Shown: positions 38,323 through 53,009, counted from the first letter of the whole stretch. The stretch is 63,814 nt of DNA, filler included, from Octopus bimaculoides (GCF_001194135.2; 4 parts of 4 records of this genome joined end to end with filler, not necessarily neighbours in it), one strand, 5' to 3'. The notes: generated by a model not told the origin, from the letters alone. Numbers and translations: made by a program.

Positions 38323-39972
38323 TAACACTTTATTTTCGCATGCAGCATGTTACCAAGAATGAATATAAGTCTTTTTATTGTCACTCTAACTTATTCATGA
38401 ACTCTATTTATTTATTTATTATTTAATTATTTATTTCCTTTAACATATTAAATAGAAGCGAAAATGTAGCTATTTCATTTTATTTTTTGTTTTTAAATAA
38501 TTTTGGGGGCATTTTTTTGGTTATTTTTTTTTTTTTTAATTTAAAACAATTTTCCACTTTTTCAGTTTTAGTTTTCCCCCAAAACATTGCCTTTTTTTTT
38601 ACCCATCCAATACAGTATAGAAAAGTCTTTTGTAAGCCAGTCAAGCGTGTTATTAATGCATTTATCATGCTCGTGAATTCAATTGTTGAAATATCTGTCT
38701 AGAAAGGCAGTGGTTTTAAATTTAATGATTAGATACAAATGTTTCAAACTCTTCCATAGATATTTATTTTATATATCATCTTGTATATTTTGATTCTTAA
38801 CATTTCCAAATATACCTTCCACGCTGCAATTGTATATATAAATAGTATTACGGAAAAGAACCAAGGTTTATGAACTCATCGATGAAATACTATATATTAA
38901 TATATTTTATACTGTGAAGCTTAATTTAATTTTAATTTTTAATAAATTGATTTTAATTGAGTTTTTACCTGTAATTTTGGATTTTACCCCTAATATTATT
39001 ATTATATATATATACATAAGAACCTTAAATATATCGATAGCCACATAAAAATAAACCACCTTAATATAGTAAGAGGACTATTAAAACGTTAGTAATAAAT
39101 TAATAAAACGGTTTTAAAATCCTACCAGTGGATAATATTTCTATAATAGAGTTAACTTTTTAAATAAATTATAGTTTAAGCTTATTAGATTTTGGAGGTG
39201 GTTGTAAGGAGTAATGAACGTGCCATAAGGAATCGGCAAATTTTAATGCTAATTCCAGTTTTTCCCCTCCTCTCCCGCTCCGCTCCTCTTTAGAGAAACA
39301 CGAACGATTATTTGTATATGTGTCAAAGACGATAACATTAAATTTTTTGTGTCCCAGATGTTAATTTAGAGAACGAATAAGAAGAAGCTGCGGTTCTTTG
39401 GTTTCTTAAGCACATTTGGAGTAGTTTACGGCAAAAAAAAAACGTCTAGAATCAGTTTCTAATTGAGAAGAGTACGCTGGCATATTTATTCTGGTTTTAA
39501 AATAATAAGAAATTAAAACAAGTTATGAGTTTGAGAGTTTATCTTAATCCATATAACTGGAGATTAATAGGTAATTAATCCCTTCTCTATAGAAAAAGTT
39601 GTATTTCTTTATAAATTACTATCATCATTTGAAACCAAGCCCTATAAAAATAACAGACCCCTGCTTTGCTTGACCAAATCAAGAATTGATTCTCATTTTC
39701 TTGATTTAAATTCAAACATTTGTACCCTTTAAGCAGGATTAATATTTATCTCCTGAATAAAATTTGAAACCAGCTTTTTATTGACTTTTAATCCAAAGAA
39801 AATAGGGCTTTTTTTAAAATTATTATTTGTGCAGGGTATCATAAACAGACCCAATAATAGTTAACATTGAAACAATAGACATTTCACGTTTCTTTTTAAC
39901 TCAAAGCTGTAGTTAACTTTTGTGAGGTATGTATATACTGCATAGATAACCATAGGAGACAGACTGTAAGCA

Positions 39973-40021
<49 letters not shown>

Positions 40022-43000
40022 AATATATTTATATACACGCACATATGTGTGCCTATGTATATATATATGTATATGAAATAGTACAGCTGTATTGGAATTT
40101 TATTTTTCTTACTTTATTTTTTTAATAATGAAATAACCTTTACTTTAAAACTGATTATAAATCGCTTCCATTGTAAAACAAATGTTGAATTTAATACAAA
40201 ATAAATAGAAAAACTATATAATAGTAATAATAATAATAAACTAACCTGTTCATTCCTGGATTAGTCGCCTTTCGCCACATCTGAATTCATAAACGGCTGC
40301 CAATGTACCATAACATTGTTGAAGTTACTGTCAGATTCATGAATAAAATATGACTTTGAACAAAATACATAGAAAATGCGTAAATAAATAACACTTAACA
40401 CTACTTTGTGGCCTAACAATACATATTTTGGACATTGGATTTTATTTCATTTCTCTCCCTCTTTCTGCTACAATTCTGATTAAAGAGAGAAAAAAATTAT
40501 TCTTTTGTTAATATTTTGGGTATAAAAGAAGCAGAAAATCCAAGAGAACTTTCTTTTGAGAACAACTTTCAACCAACAATGAATCTCTAACTTGTTACTG
40601 CTTGAAAGAATCCTCACATGGTAAGTAATGAAATGTTTCCTAACAGATTCTCATATACTTGTACTTGCAGTGGCATTTGCCTAGAATAGGTTGAGCTGGC
40701 TCCAACCATCGAGTAGTTCGTCGTCATAGTTTCAGTAGGAATACAGATTCACATGTGGTCCCTAATCACATGCACACACACTTTGGAATAGTGTGATGTG
40801 TTGCACTCATCTTGCCATCAATTGTTGGCCATTGCAGAGACGAAGTTACCAACAATTATCAGAGCAGATGTAACCCAGATTTGAAGCAGGTTCTAGAGAC
40901 CTACTTTAACTAAAACTAAGGGATGCCTCACTCATAGTGGCCTTCCGGCACACCAGACACCAACCCAGAATTTCTGAGGGCTCGTGTTGTTGCTAGATAG
41001 TCATTGAACCTACACTAGGTTCATCTGTCTTGCACTAAAATTCCAAATAGCTTTGTGTAGTGAACTAGCTTGTCAAGCAATTAACACTTAAGTAGTACAT
41101 GGGCCTTCATGCAACAACAACACAGTCTTTGATATTCTGCTTTATATATTATAGAGCACATATCTAGTAAAAGACTTTCTTTGTTTTATCTGGAGATGAA
41201 TTTTGTTTATTTTGGCTTTCTTTTCTATAAAGCGTATAGCTGATAACACATGACTTAAATCTACCACTCAAGATGCATAATGATTAAAGATGTTGAGATT
41301 TGCTTAAATATCATTCATAAGTACAAGTTCTGTAATTTGTTGGGATAGGGTTACATCTCTCAGCAAGATATTTACTTACGTAAGTGGAAAATAAATAATC
41401 TAAGATAAATTTATTCCAGTTGAAATACAGATTTTTTTAAAGCCTTCTCTGTAAAACTTACAACTGATATAAATGCATGCTGTTATTATCTATGTAGATG
41501 AAAATGTGTGAAGAAAATAACAAACCTGCTGTATTTCATCATCATTATTTTCATGTCCACTTTTCCATGTTTCCCTGAGTCAGATGGAATTTGTTGATAT
41601 TTTCTATGGCTGGATGCTTTTTGTCATCAACTCTCCCCTACGTCTAAGCAAAGAAATATTTTCACAGAAGATTGGAAACAAAAGACATTGTTTTTACAAT
41701 GTTGATGCTAGTTTACAACTATTCTTTTCTACTCTAGGCGCAAGGCCCGAAAGTTTTGGGGAGTTTGGTTAGTTGATTAGATCGACTCCAGTATGCCACT
41801 GGTACCTAATTTATTGATCCTGACAGGATGATAGGCAAGCCGCCCTCAGCAGAATTTGAACTCAGAATGTAAAGACTGCTAAGCATTTTGCCCAGCGTGC
41901 TAACATTTCTGCCAGCTCACTGCCTTATTAGTTTACAATTATTGCGTGATGGTTATAGAGACAGAAAAACACACACACACACACCGATATATGTATGTAT
42001 GTATAATCCAAATAAGTCAAAGAAAGTTTAACCCATTTTTAATGACCAGTTACAATTGTTTCTGTACCACTCGCATTTTTAACACCATTCGATCTTACTT
42101 AAGACTACAGTTCAAGAGTGAAGATAGACTCAAGCTTGGGTTGAGTGTTGCATGTATGTATATATAGAGATATATATATATATACATACACACACACACA
42201 TACATTTTTTTTTAATTGACAGAATATATACTCGAGTTTTGAGTTCTGTTTTCCTGTTTGTGTCACCAAACCCACACACACACACACACACACACATGCA
42301 CAGTGCTTTATGTTGAATGAATGAGAAAGAAGTGCTCAATACTCGTCCTGAAGGATATGGGATTTTTATTGGGTCTTTTACTGAAACTGAAACTAAGAGT
42401 TGGTCTTATAATGCGAGTTTCATGNNNNNNNNNNGAATATCACAATGATGTGAAATACAAGTCACGCGAGGAACTCACTGTATATGCCCTGAACATAGGT
42501 CTACATCAGCTGTTCTTAACCTTTTTCTCTTTTGCTTTTTTGTAAAGGCCCCTCTCCCCTTAAGTAGTTGTTATGCCTAGTGCCCACCAAAGTAGACAGT
42601 GAGGTATCAACTAACATGGATGATAATTTATAAATTTTACTCTAAAAATGGATTGTATAGTTTTTAACAGTGAAATGGAAAAAAATTAATGGAGACAAAA
42701 ATTGTAAATTATTTTATGCATTGCTAATTAATGACTTCCCTGTGCCCGATGAGATCTCATTTTATTTTAATAACCATTACTGGTTTTATCATGCACAATG
42801 TAATTATGTTACCTCAATGCCCCCTTTGACATGCCCACCACCCCCTGGGAGAGGTACCAGCTGCGTTAAGAACAAAGCCAACCTGGGACTGAACAAACAA
42901 CATTAAAAAGTAACATTTACCTAACTTGTCTTCTAATATTGTTGTTATTTGTAATTTGGCAACTCTTGTATACAATACAATAGGAATACCAGCTATAATT

Positions 43001-43647
43001 ATGGTATAATATCATACATTATGTATGACTGTATATTTATAATGTTATAAAATATCAATAAAAGTGATACTAAAAATTTATATAAAAGATGTATAGTTGG
43101 GACAACCAGACTATTGTGATTGTGACCTAGATGCTTAAATTTAATACCAAAATTATATATTTATATATATATTCTTTTATTTTTTACTTGTTTTAATCAT
43201 TTGACTGCAGCCATGCTGGAGCACCACCTTTAGTCGAACAAATTGACCCCAGGACTTATTCTTTGTAAGCCTAGTACTTATTCTAAGTTATGGGGACATA
43301 AACACGCCAGCATCAGTTGTCAGGCAATGGTAAAGGGGACAAACACAGACACACAAAAATATACATATACACACACACATATACGACAGGCTTCTTTCAG
43401 TTTCTGTCTACCAAATCCACTCACAAAGCTTTGGTCAGCCTGAGGCTATAGTAGAAGACACTTGCCCAAGGTACCATGCAGTGTGACTCAAGGTCTGAGG
43501 TGCCGACCCGCAAAACTCTCACACTTTGAGTGACTCTGTTGCTTCTGCTAAATATTAATAAAAATATACATATACTCATGTTTTGAGTTCTACTTTTCCT
43601 GTTTGCACCAACATACCTATATATGTGTACACAAACGTGTGTGTATG

Positions 43648-43688
<41 letters not shown>

Positions 43689-43689
43689 C

Positions 43690-44310
43690 TATATATGGTG
43701 GTTGTCTACTCCTTATACAGAGTTTGACCACCTCCTGTGCCTACACCTTAGAACCCTCATGGTATCTGATGTGGCGTTTTTAAACCAGGCAATGTTTTGA
43801 AAAGACACTCACATAGATTGCATATCCAATTTGGAACACCAAGAGCTGCAGATAAGTTCTGATATTTGTGAATCTTAAAATGTCTTTTGAGGCCTGTTAG
43901 ATTTGCAAACCTTCTGGCATACATTGCATTGAAAGGAGTGCACAAACATATAGGCAGAATAGCTGGTGGAGCTTCGTTTTCCATGGGTTTGCAAATGAGA
44001 TTTGAGCCCAGCAAAAGGGAGGCATGGTCTGTCACAAACTGTGCACACACAAAGGTCATTGTGATTCACCTTCTCGATCGTAACATTCTTCCTTAAATCT
44101 CCTTTGAGTCTTGCATATGTTATCCTGGCCTCTTCAAATGCTTTCACTCCACTCCACACTTTAGTTCACCTTCATACGAAATTGATTGCCTCATTTGCAG
44201 TGTGTGATGCATTAATTAATTACTGTGATGAAAAAATCCCTCTGGATACGATATCGCTGTTATCACTGATAATTGGTTGTGTTGTAATTGCTTAGCTTGG
44301 GTCAGCCCAG
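43690..44310 (-). mobile_element. RTE-clade LINE 3' remnant with three degenerate C2H2 fingers
   Basis: WSGVKAFEEAR..RK followed by CTVCDRPC..GLKSHLQTH, CNVCQKVC..GLKRHFKIH (frameshifted) and CNLCECLF..GLK. Confidence 0.8.
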
Positions 44311-44659
44311 ATTGCATAGACATATCATAATGAAATGTGTTCCAGCCATGACCTTCTATCTCCACTTTCCTTGGAAAGATTATCTTATTCAGTGTCCTTT
44401 CTCCTCTTTTTGTTTTAAGATGATAGGCTGTAATTTAAAGGAGATTTGACTGCTATTTCTAGGAGGTCATGTGACCATTTGAAGTTCCTTAATGAGCTTG
44501 TCTTTTCTGATTCTAGTTGCACTTTATGCCAAAGGTGTCTTTATCTGTCAGTTTGCCTCCAAGATCTTCGCTTAACATTGTTTCCTGGCTGTCCCTTATC
44601 TCTCTTATATTAAGGAGTCTTTATTAATAGTCCTTATTTGTGATATTTTATTTTACTCT

Positions 44660-45432
44660 TTTACTTGTTTTAGTCACTAGACTGTGGCCATGCTGGGGCA
44701 CCACCTTAAATAATTCTAGTTGAATGAATCAATACCAGTCTTTAATTTTTTTTTTTTTTTTAAATCTGGTACTTATTCTATCAGTATCCTTTACTGAACT
44801 GCTAAGTTATGGGTACATAAACTCACCAACAATAATTGTCAAACAGCAGTGGGGCACACACATAAACACACTCACACACACACACATATATATACAACGG
44901 GCTTCTTTTCAGTTTCCATCTACGAAATCCACTCTCAGGCACAGGAGTGGCTGTGTGATAAGTAGCTTGCCTATCAACCACATGGTTCCGGGTTCATTCC
45001 CACTGCGTGACACCTAGGGCAAGTGTCTTCTACTATAGCTTCGGGCCAACCAAAGCTTTGTGAGTGGATTTGGTAGATGGAAACTGAAAGAAGCCCGTCG
45101 TGTATATGTATATATATGTGTGTGTATGCTTGTGTCTGTGTTTGTTCCCCCAGCATCGCTTGACAACCGATGGTGGTGTGTTTACGTCCCCGTAACTTAG
45201 CAGTTCTGCAAAAGAGACCGATAGAATAAGTACTAGGCTTCCAAAGAATAAGTCCTGGGGTCGATTTGCTTGACTAAAAGGCAGTGCTCCAGCATGGCCA
45301 CAGTCAAATGACTGAAACAAAAGAGTAAGGCTTTGGTCGGCCCAAGGTTGACACTTGCCCAAAGTTCCTCACAGTGGAACTGAACCTGGAACCATATGAT
45401 TGGGAAGCAAGCTTCTTACCACACAGCCACTC
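44660..45432. mobile_element. SINE family 1 (+, 44936-45326) nested in an opposite-strand copy
   Basis: The minus copy breaks at ..AAATCCACTCTC and resumes at AAGGCTTTGGTCGG after the inserted full-length copy. Confidence 0.8.
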
Positions 45433-48400
45433 AGCGCAGTCTTTTGTATCAATTTTAATCACAGGTTGTGGTTGCTCACAGGATTTGGCGCCTGGACATG
45501 TAGAACCATTAAATATATTGTTGTTTAGCTTCAGATCATCTCTGACATTCAATGATGTTTCAGCTTTGACCATTCTTTCATTTTATATATTAGCAACTGA
45601 GATAGTAGGTTATGATTTAAGGCCGATTGAGCTGTTATTTCTAGCAGGTTGAGACACTGCTTGTATAGTGGCTCACTCACTGGCACCAGCCGCCCCTCTC
45701 ATTGGTTCAGTAACCTATAAACATGTGTTAATGCAGGCTCTCCTTCACTTTCTTCATTACTATCAGTCTTGTCCTTATATTTGGGAGAATTAACTTGAGA
45801 ATGGCATTGAAACTCTTGATCTTTGGTTCTGTTGAAAGTTGTGTGAAGCTTTTATATATGTATAAAAGAAAATTAAGAAAATGGAGATGTAGCATTAATA
45901 TAATTTATTATCTGCAAAAATCAAACATATTCTCTTACAGCTGTTTCAATTAAGTCTAAAAAGTTAAATAGCAATAATTAAATCATTTATATTAGGCAAA
46001 ATTTCATCAGAGGGGTAGAAAAGATATACCATTAGGTTATTAGGTGTTGTGTTTTTGAATCATCTCAGCAGATTATATATATATATATATATATATATAT
46101 TCATTCTTTAGCAGGTAAAAATACTGACATTGTTTATTTATATTTTCAATCTGGATCTGTAAGTAGGCATGTGTGTTGGCTCTTTTTAGAAGCTGTGAAG
46201 TTACCAAGAAAAATGACTGCCTCTGATGAAAGATCAATGTCCTGCCTGTTTCAATTTCTCCATAAGCTGATTAATTGTGTCATTCACCTAGCACTTGTTG
46301 TAAACCAGTACAGTAAAACTGAAAATTACAAATGGCTAAATAAACCATTGTAATTCATTTTGAAATAATTTACATCTAAAATGCATTGTCTGTGTTTTGT
46401 GTGTATCGATGCTCAAGTTCATTGATGTGTGTAAGCATGTGTTTATGTTATCAAAAATCTTTACTCAGATATTGTCATCAATCATTGTCATATTATATCA
46501 GTCTTTTTTTTTTTTTTCTTTCATGCTTTCTTTCATGTTGGACAAGTTGTCATGGTCCATGTCATCTTACACAAAGAAAACCTACTCACTTTGGTGTTGT
46601 GTATGTTTTACAATGTGGATTGGGTATGGGTATATATATATATATAGAGAGAGAGAGAGGTATGTTGGTGCAAACAGGGAAAATAGAACTCAAAATATGA
46701 GTATGTATCATCATCATCATCGTTTAACGTCCACTTTCCGTGCTGGCATGGGTTAGGGTTTGTCACTTTGTCACTTCCATTATAGCTTTGAAAAAATAAC
46801 TGTTAAAATCGAACTGCACTCTTCAAAACTTGCACTAAGAATAAGGAAAGGGTAAAATTACTACCTGCCCTTATAGCAAATTGATGCAGGTAATTTATCT
46901 CATCCCCCTCCAACTTTTAGTTCATGCAATTGAAAAAAAACTGTATTGTTTATGGAATGACCCAATATATATACATACATACATACATATATATAGTGTA
47001 CTTCCATTGTTGGTAAGATTGACAAAATATGTCCTCTATCCAGCAAGAGATAAATATCATTCAGTAAACACAGGTTTTATATGTGAGCTACTATGTTTCA
47101 TGCTCCATTAGTACAATAGTCAGTCAAACATGTCTCATTGCTGTACAGCAGAGCATGAAACTTATAGCTGCTCACATTTATATCTCATGTTAATTAAATA
47201 ATGTGTGTGTTCCTTTCCATCTGCCACTCATTTATTTGAAAGTCACAAGTTCGTGTGTTCTGTTAGCATTTCTTTTGTCAATATATAGCTCGCTTCGTGC
47301 TCTCCACGTCATTTGGAATAAGAAATTCTTTGAAAAACTGGATGTGCCAGGAAGGCTCGAGAACATTCATTCTGTCTTTGGAGTGAAAGTATATATATGC
47401 TTTCGTGCTATAATATTCTATTGTGTTATTAGCAATAGTGGAAGATACTTGCTCAAGGTGCCACATAATAGAACTGAGCCTGAAACCATGTGGTTGCAAA
47501 GTGACCTGGATCACACTGCCATGCCTGTACATACATTAATAGAACGAGAGCATTGAATGCAGACAATGCATAAAGGCTGGGAAGAAATGAAGAGAGCCTT
47601 CCTCACTGAATGTGTAACAGTAGGGTGGAGTAATGCTGTAGTACAAGTGAGATGATAGAAAAACACAGGCCTCAGCAGAATATGCCATGGTATCTTTTAT
47701 GGTTTATTTGTTTTTATCTGCAGTCTCCTAAAACAACAACAGAATGGGTGTAAGTTGTGCTTCAAGTTGCAAACACAATCATGCTGTCCCATAAAGAGAG
47801 AAAAATGTCTGGCTGAGAAAAATGTCTGGCTGAATCCAGCCATGCTAAAGTGTTTTGAATTGATTGGGTATTTGGAGGTGATTTCCAATAAAAATTAGAA
47901 TAATGAAATTTTGTGAATACTGTATTTACTTGTGTATTACTCACACTCCTATTAAGTCTTGGTACAGAATTTTTTCCTTTCACAGTTGTAACTTTACCCC
48001 TGGTATAAGTCGCACCCCAAATTTTCAGTTAAAACTGTATACAAAACACTGCAACTTACACAAGTAAATATGGTAATTCAAACAACTATAAGTTTGCCTC
48101 CTACCTTAACTCCTCTTAAAACTTTGATTGAATCTCAGCTTTCATCATCACTCTACCATCCTCTATCTCGGACTTGTGTATTTTTTTTCTTTTTTTGTGG
48201 AGTGTTGGGTTAATTAATACCAATTAAATAACAATTAATTTTCTTTTTCAATAGGAATTAAATATGTTTTTAACTTTGACACATCTGGAATAGAAAAGTA
48301 GATATTAAAGGTAAGTGTGATTTTTATTGATTTAGTTTTTATCATTCTAAGAAATGGGAACTTTTGTTAGTTCCTTAAGCCAACAGAGAAAATCCTTGAG

Positions 48401-51364
48401 TAACCTGAGTGACAGATTTAAAAGAAGTTCAGAGACAACTGAGAACTCCTTGATAATCAATGTATCAATAATTGATCATTAGTATATCTGTATGCTGTTT
48501 GTATATTAATGAGTTAATGTTTATTAGTATCCATATTAGGATAACTACTGCATTGAATTTGTCTTATGAGATCTAACTACAGGATGATTAGCTAATTAAA
48601 TTAAATCTATTAGGATTGCCGCAAGTGATCATATTAACACAGTGGTCAAGCCATACATTTTTTTTTTTTAATATGTGTCCTGTTAAAATAGAAGCTAAAT
48701 GCTGAACTGATGAAGTATTAGGCTACCTGTTCGTGATTTATGAATTCAAATCCCTATTAACTAGGCTCTTAGCCATTGTGGGTAGATGCCAGATTTTCTC
48801 GAAAAAAGAAAAGGTTAATGAGGTCAATCACCTTTGATAATGAAAAGTCATGGACATCATCACCATCATCATTTTGTTTTTACATCCACTTTTTCCATGC
48901 TGCCATCGCTTTGGCGACACTTCTTGAAGCAGTGTTCTATTGTTGGATGCTTTCTTGGTACTAATCCTTACATGTTTTCAAGTAAGGTGTGCATTAAAAC
49001 ACTGAGCTGTGAAACAAATGTTACCACAACACAAGTGGTGTCTATGTAGAGACAAACACATAGATATATATGATGGGTTTTTGTACAGTTTCTGTCCACC
49101 AAAATTCATTCACAAAGCGTTGGTCAACCCAGGAACTGTGGGTGAGAGAAATACAAACACCTGAAAAAAGTGATTGTTGTCAAGACAGTGGGTATATATG
49201 CAGGCATGGCTGTGTGGTTAAGAAGTTTACTTCCCAACCTTGTAGTCTTGGGGTCAGCTGACTGCATGGTACCTTAGGCAAGTGTCTCTTGCTAAAGCCT
49301 TGGATTAACCAAGGCCTTATCTGTGGAGTTATGCCCATTGTGTGTGTGCATGTCCTTGTTTGGACATCATGTGATGGTTGTAAATGAGCATCATTATAAT
49401 ACAAATGAGACTGTTTGTTTCCAGTCTTCTGTGGAAAACATGTCTGGCCATGGAGAAATATTACCTTGGGAACAGGTGGGGGTTGGCAACAGGAAGAAAA
49501 TCTGCCTCAACAAATTCCATCTGGCTCATGCAAGCATGGGAAAGTGGATGTTAAATTATGATGACAATGACAATGATATATCAAGGGATTGTTGGTTGCA
49601 AGGTAACTTTATCTGATCAAAGATATTTATTACTCATGACCTAAAAACAGCAGATCAAAAGCAAAATAGAAACTCCAGTTCACACCCTTGTGTTTTCGAA
49701 AAATAGACAGGACAGTCGAGGCTGGAATATCTTTCACCATAGGTCTGTTCAGTCAGGAATGACTTGGTGGTCAGTACTAACTATAAACTCTATAAAAAGC
49801 TATTTTACTTCCTCCAACATATGCCAGTGAAAACTGTCAACTCATCTATGGCAGCATATGTTGCATGGGTCAGCTCCAGCATGGTACCTCACTGCATGTC
49901 ATCTGGTACACACACCAAAAGAGAAAACTGCTAATTCCTTGTGTATGGCAAGTGTTTTTTTGTTTTTGTTTTTGTTTTTGTACAGTATGAAGTATAGACT
50001 GAGTGCCCTTTATCGTATTACTGCCACTAGAGAGATTGTGTGGTCAGGACTAAGGAGTTCCCTCTATTCTTATCATGTAGAGTCACCATGGTGCTGACCT
50101 GGCAGAATCATGAATGCATCCAACAAACTGCTAAGCAGCATTTCCTCCAACATGTTATGTTCTGAGTTCAAATCCCACTGAGGCCAATTATGCCTGTTTA
50201 TCCTTTCAGGATTCCTAAAATAAAGTACAAGTATGGGGTTACTTACCCCTTCTATCAAAACTGTTGGCCTTCTGCTAAAATTAGAAACCGTTTTTATCAA
50301 TAACTTGCAATGGAGGCTATTGTCAAATACATCAAACAGCACAGGAGAATTGAAGCAGTATGTATAATTCTGCAAACACACACACACAGTGTATGTAGAT
50401 GCAATTTGGCATGTTTATAGCATGGCCATGTGGTTAAGAAGTTTGCCTCCCAACCACATGGTTTGGGTTCAATCTCACTGCATAGCACCTTGGGTAAATA
50501 TATTGAGAAGCTTCATTGTTCAGCACTGTAGCATATTTTTGCTTTTGTCTAAAATTGGTATTAATGACGTATGACCTCATAAAGCTGGGATTGCTTTATA
50601 CAAATTTGGACATTTGAGCCATTATGAGGTGGGGTGGTGGTACTTAAATACTGCAGGATGTCCCACTTACTGTTAACCACTTGACTGTGAAGTGAGAGTG
50701 GAGCCTATTTATGTAATGTAAAACCTTTGTTGCCATTCAAATTAAATGCTGCAGTTAGGGGGAATTCCTTTGGCTAAGTTGGCTTCACCAAAAGGACAAT
50801 GTGAGGAAGTGTAGTACTAAGAGAGTAACATCACCAGAAAGAAGCATCAAAGTTTTTGAGACATCACTTCACTTAAATCCTTCATTCCCCCATGGACATA
50901 AACCCTGGACAATGTACCTTCACTCTTCTCAATGCTGGACTATCTTTTCTGCTTTTCCTTGTAGCTTCCTTTAGAATTTTGCTGCCTTGTCATCAGTTTC
51001 TTTAAAGGAAGGTCTTCCCTCTCCCAAGTCTTGTTGGCTTTGAATTGTCAGCAATGCTTCTGTAACTTTGCATTTTTCTAGGTAGGGGTGTTGTCCCTAT
51101 ACAACCTAATTTTTACTTCAGGAAAGAGGTGACCTACATTAGTCTGGCCTCTATATTTTTGACCTGTCTAGTATGAAAGGCTCTATCAGGAGCTTGATCT
51201 CTGCTGGCATAGCTCTCAGTCATTGAGGTATCCAAACTATTACACTGCAACAAGGACAGGACTTGTGGTTTTGAATTATAATTCCACCTAAATGAGTGTT
51301 ACTATGGGACCTTCTAGGTTAACAAAACAATTGACAAAAGAAAATAATGAATTGTTGCCACTCT

Positions 51365-51735
51365 TTTACTCCTTTACTTGTTTCAGTCATTTGATTGTGA
51401 CCATGATGGAGCACCACCTTGAAGGGATTTAGTTGAGCAAATCAACCCCGGAACTTATTTTTTAAACATAGTATTGGTCTCTTATGCCACACCACTAAGT
51501 TATGGGGGATGTAATCACACCAACACTGGTTGTCAAGTCATGATGGGGAGGGGACAAAGACTCACACACACATATGTAGACAGGCTTCTTTCAGTTTCCA
51601 TCTACCAAATCCGCTCTCAAGGCTTTGGTTGGCCCAAGGCTATAGTAGAAGACACTTGCCCAAGGTGCCATACAATAGGACTGAACCCAGAACGATGTAG
51701 TTGGGAAGCAAGCTTCTTACCACACAGCCTCACCT
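51365..51735 (-). mobile_element. SINE family 1 full copy
   Basis: Family consensus, CpG-decayed. Confidence 0.85.
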
Positions 51736-52211
51736 GTGCCAAGGTTTTTTTTTAATTTTTTTTTTTTATTACTTGATTCAGGGAAAAGCAGGAAGCAGTT
51801 ATCCTTAGCTTGGATACCTGTCTCAAATGCTTAGAAGAAAGTGGAGCACACAGGAAGCACTCAAGGGCCACATCATCATGATCATCATCATCATTTAATG
51901 TCCATGTATCATGCTGGCATGGGTTGGACAGTTTGAGAGGATCTGATGGCCTCTTCATGCTTCAGTGTCTCCCTTGGCAGGATTTCTGTCGCCAGAAGGA
52001 TTAAGACCCAAATTTGCAATTTCATTGTCTATTGTATGAAGATTTGTATATTTCCAACAACCATTGTTTAGTTATCTGAATGCAGTGACTTGGCAACTTC
52101 ATGGTTAAATGACTTGACTATGTTAATTGATAGATGCATTATAAGAGGTTGGCTTTATTGTCATAGTTGCATATGTTACGCTGACTTTCCCATCATCATT
52201 AAATGATGATG

Positions 52212-52245
<34 letters not shown>

Positions 52246-52426
52246 ATACACATATACATACAAAGGTGTGGCTTTGTGATAAGCTCCATTCTTCTGTAGC
52301 ATGTCTGGTCTTGTGAAAATATTACCTTACTTAGAAATAGGTTAGGAAGGGCATCTGACCCTAGAAAATTTGCTTCAGCAAATTCTGCCCAAACCATGTG
52401 AGCATGGAAAAGAGGATGATAATGAT

Positions 52427-52496
<70 letters not shown>

Positions 52497-53009
52497 GTTC
52501 AAAAGCTTTTTTTTTATATCCACTAGGTTTTAGCACTTTAGGGCTTAGCTAAAGTGAACAAATAGATCCCTCTTTAGCTAAAGTAGACAAATAAACTTCC
52601 TTTCATTTGGAAGTCAAGTAAATGGAGGGCTCCACCAGGTGGCTGTGTTTCACTGAAGCTGTTTGGCCTCTCAGACTTGGGCAAGTCTTTGCCTTTTATA
52701 GCTTTAAATCACTTGAAACATGGTTAGCAGGATTCCAATCTATTTCTTGTTTCAACATCCTTTGAACCTGTACAACTGACTGTTTTTAAGAGAATTAACA
52801 TCCTCTTGGCATTTGTTTAAAATATGTGAAACAATATGCATATCGAAAAATATCCATAGCAAAATAGCAACAGTAGTATTAACAATGAATAAATGAATAT
52901 AAAAATTGTAACAATATAAAAATTAGAAATTTATGTATCATTTAAAAGCTAAAGCAACATCTGAATTACCATGTGTGTCTGTGTGTCTATACACACACAC
53001 ACACATATT

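Larger units (their letters stand above)
35851..40327 (-). other. Candidate minus-strand spliced 5' exons (40327-40246, 37749-37561, 35900-35851); UTR-like with short ORFs
   Basis: Donors gttagt, gtaaat and gtgagt; acceptors ctgacag, ccttttcttcag and catcttcag; no long spliced ORF. Confidence 0.4.
40430..50060 (+). other. Candidate + strand spliced transcript (exon ending 40620; exons 47289-47388, 47724-47749, 48255-48310; acceptor at 49986); CDS not resolved
   Basis: GTAAGT donors at 40621, 47750 and 48311 with strong polypyrimidine acceptors; the 48255-48310 exon has stops in all three frames; outer boundaries approximate. Confidence 0.4.

Noticed and set aside
43757-44159. Host C2H2 zinc-finger gene
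   Set aside because: Frameshifted and preceded by an RTE C-terminal motif.
48560-48800. Possible C/D snoRNA (TGATGA-like boxes)
   Set aside because: No CTGA D-box or terminal stem at suitable spacing.
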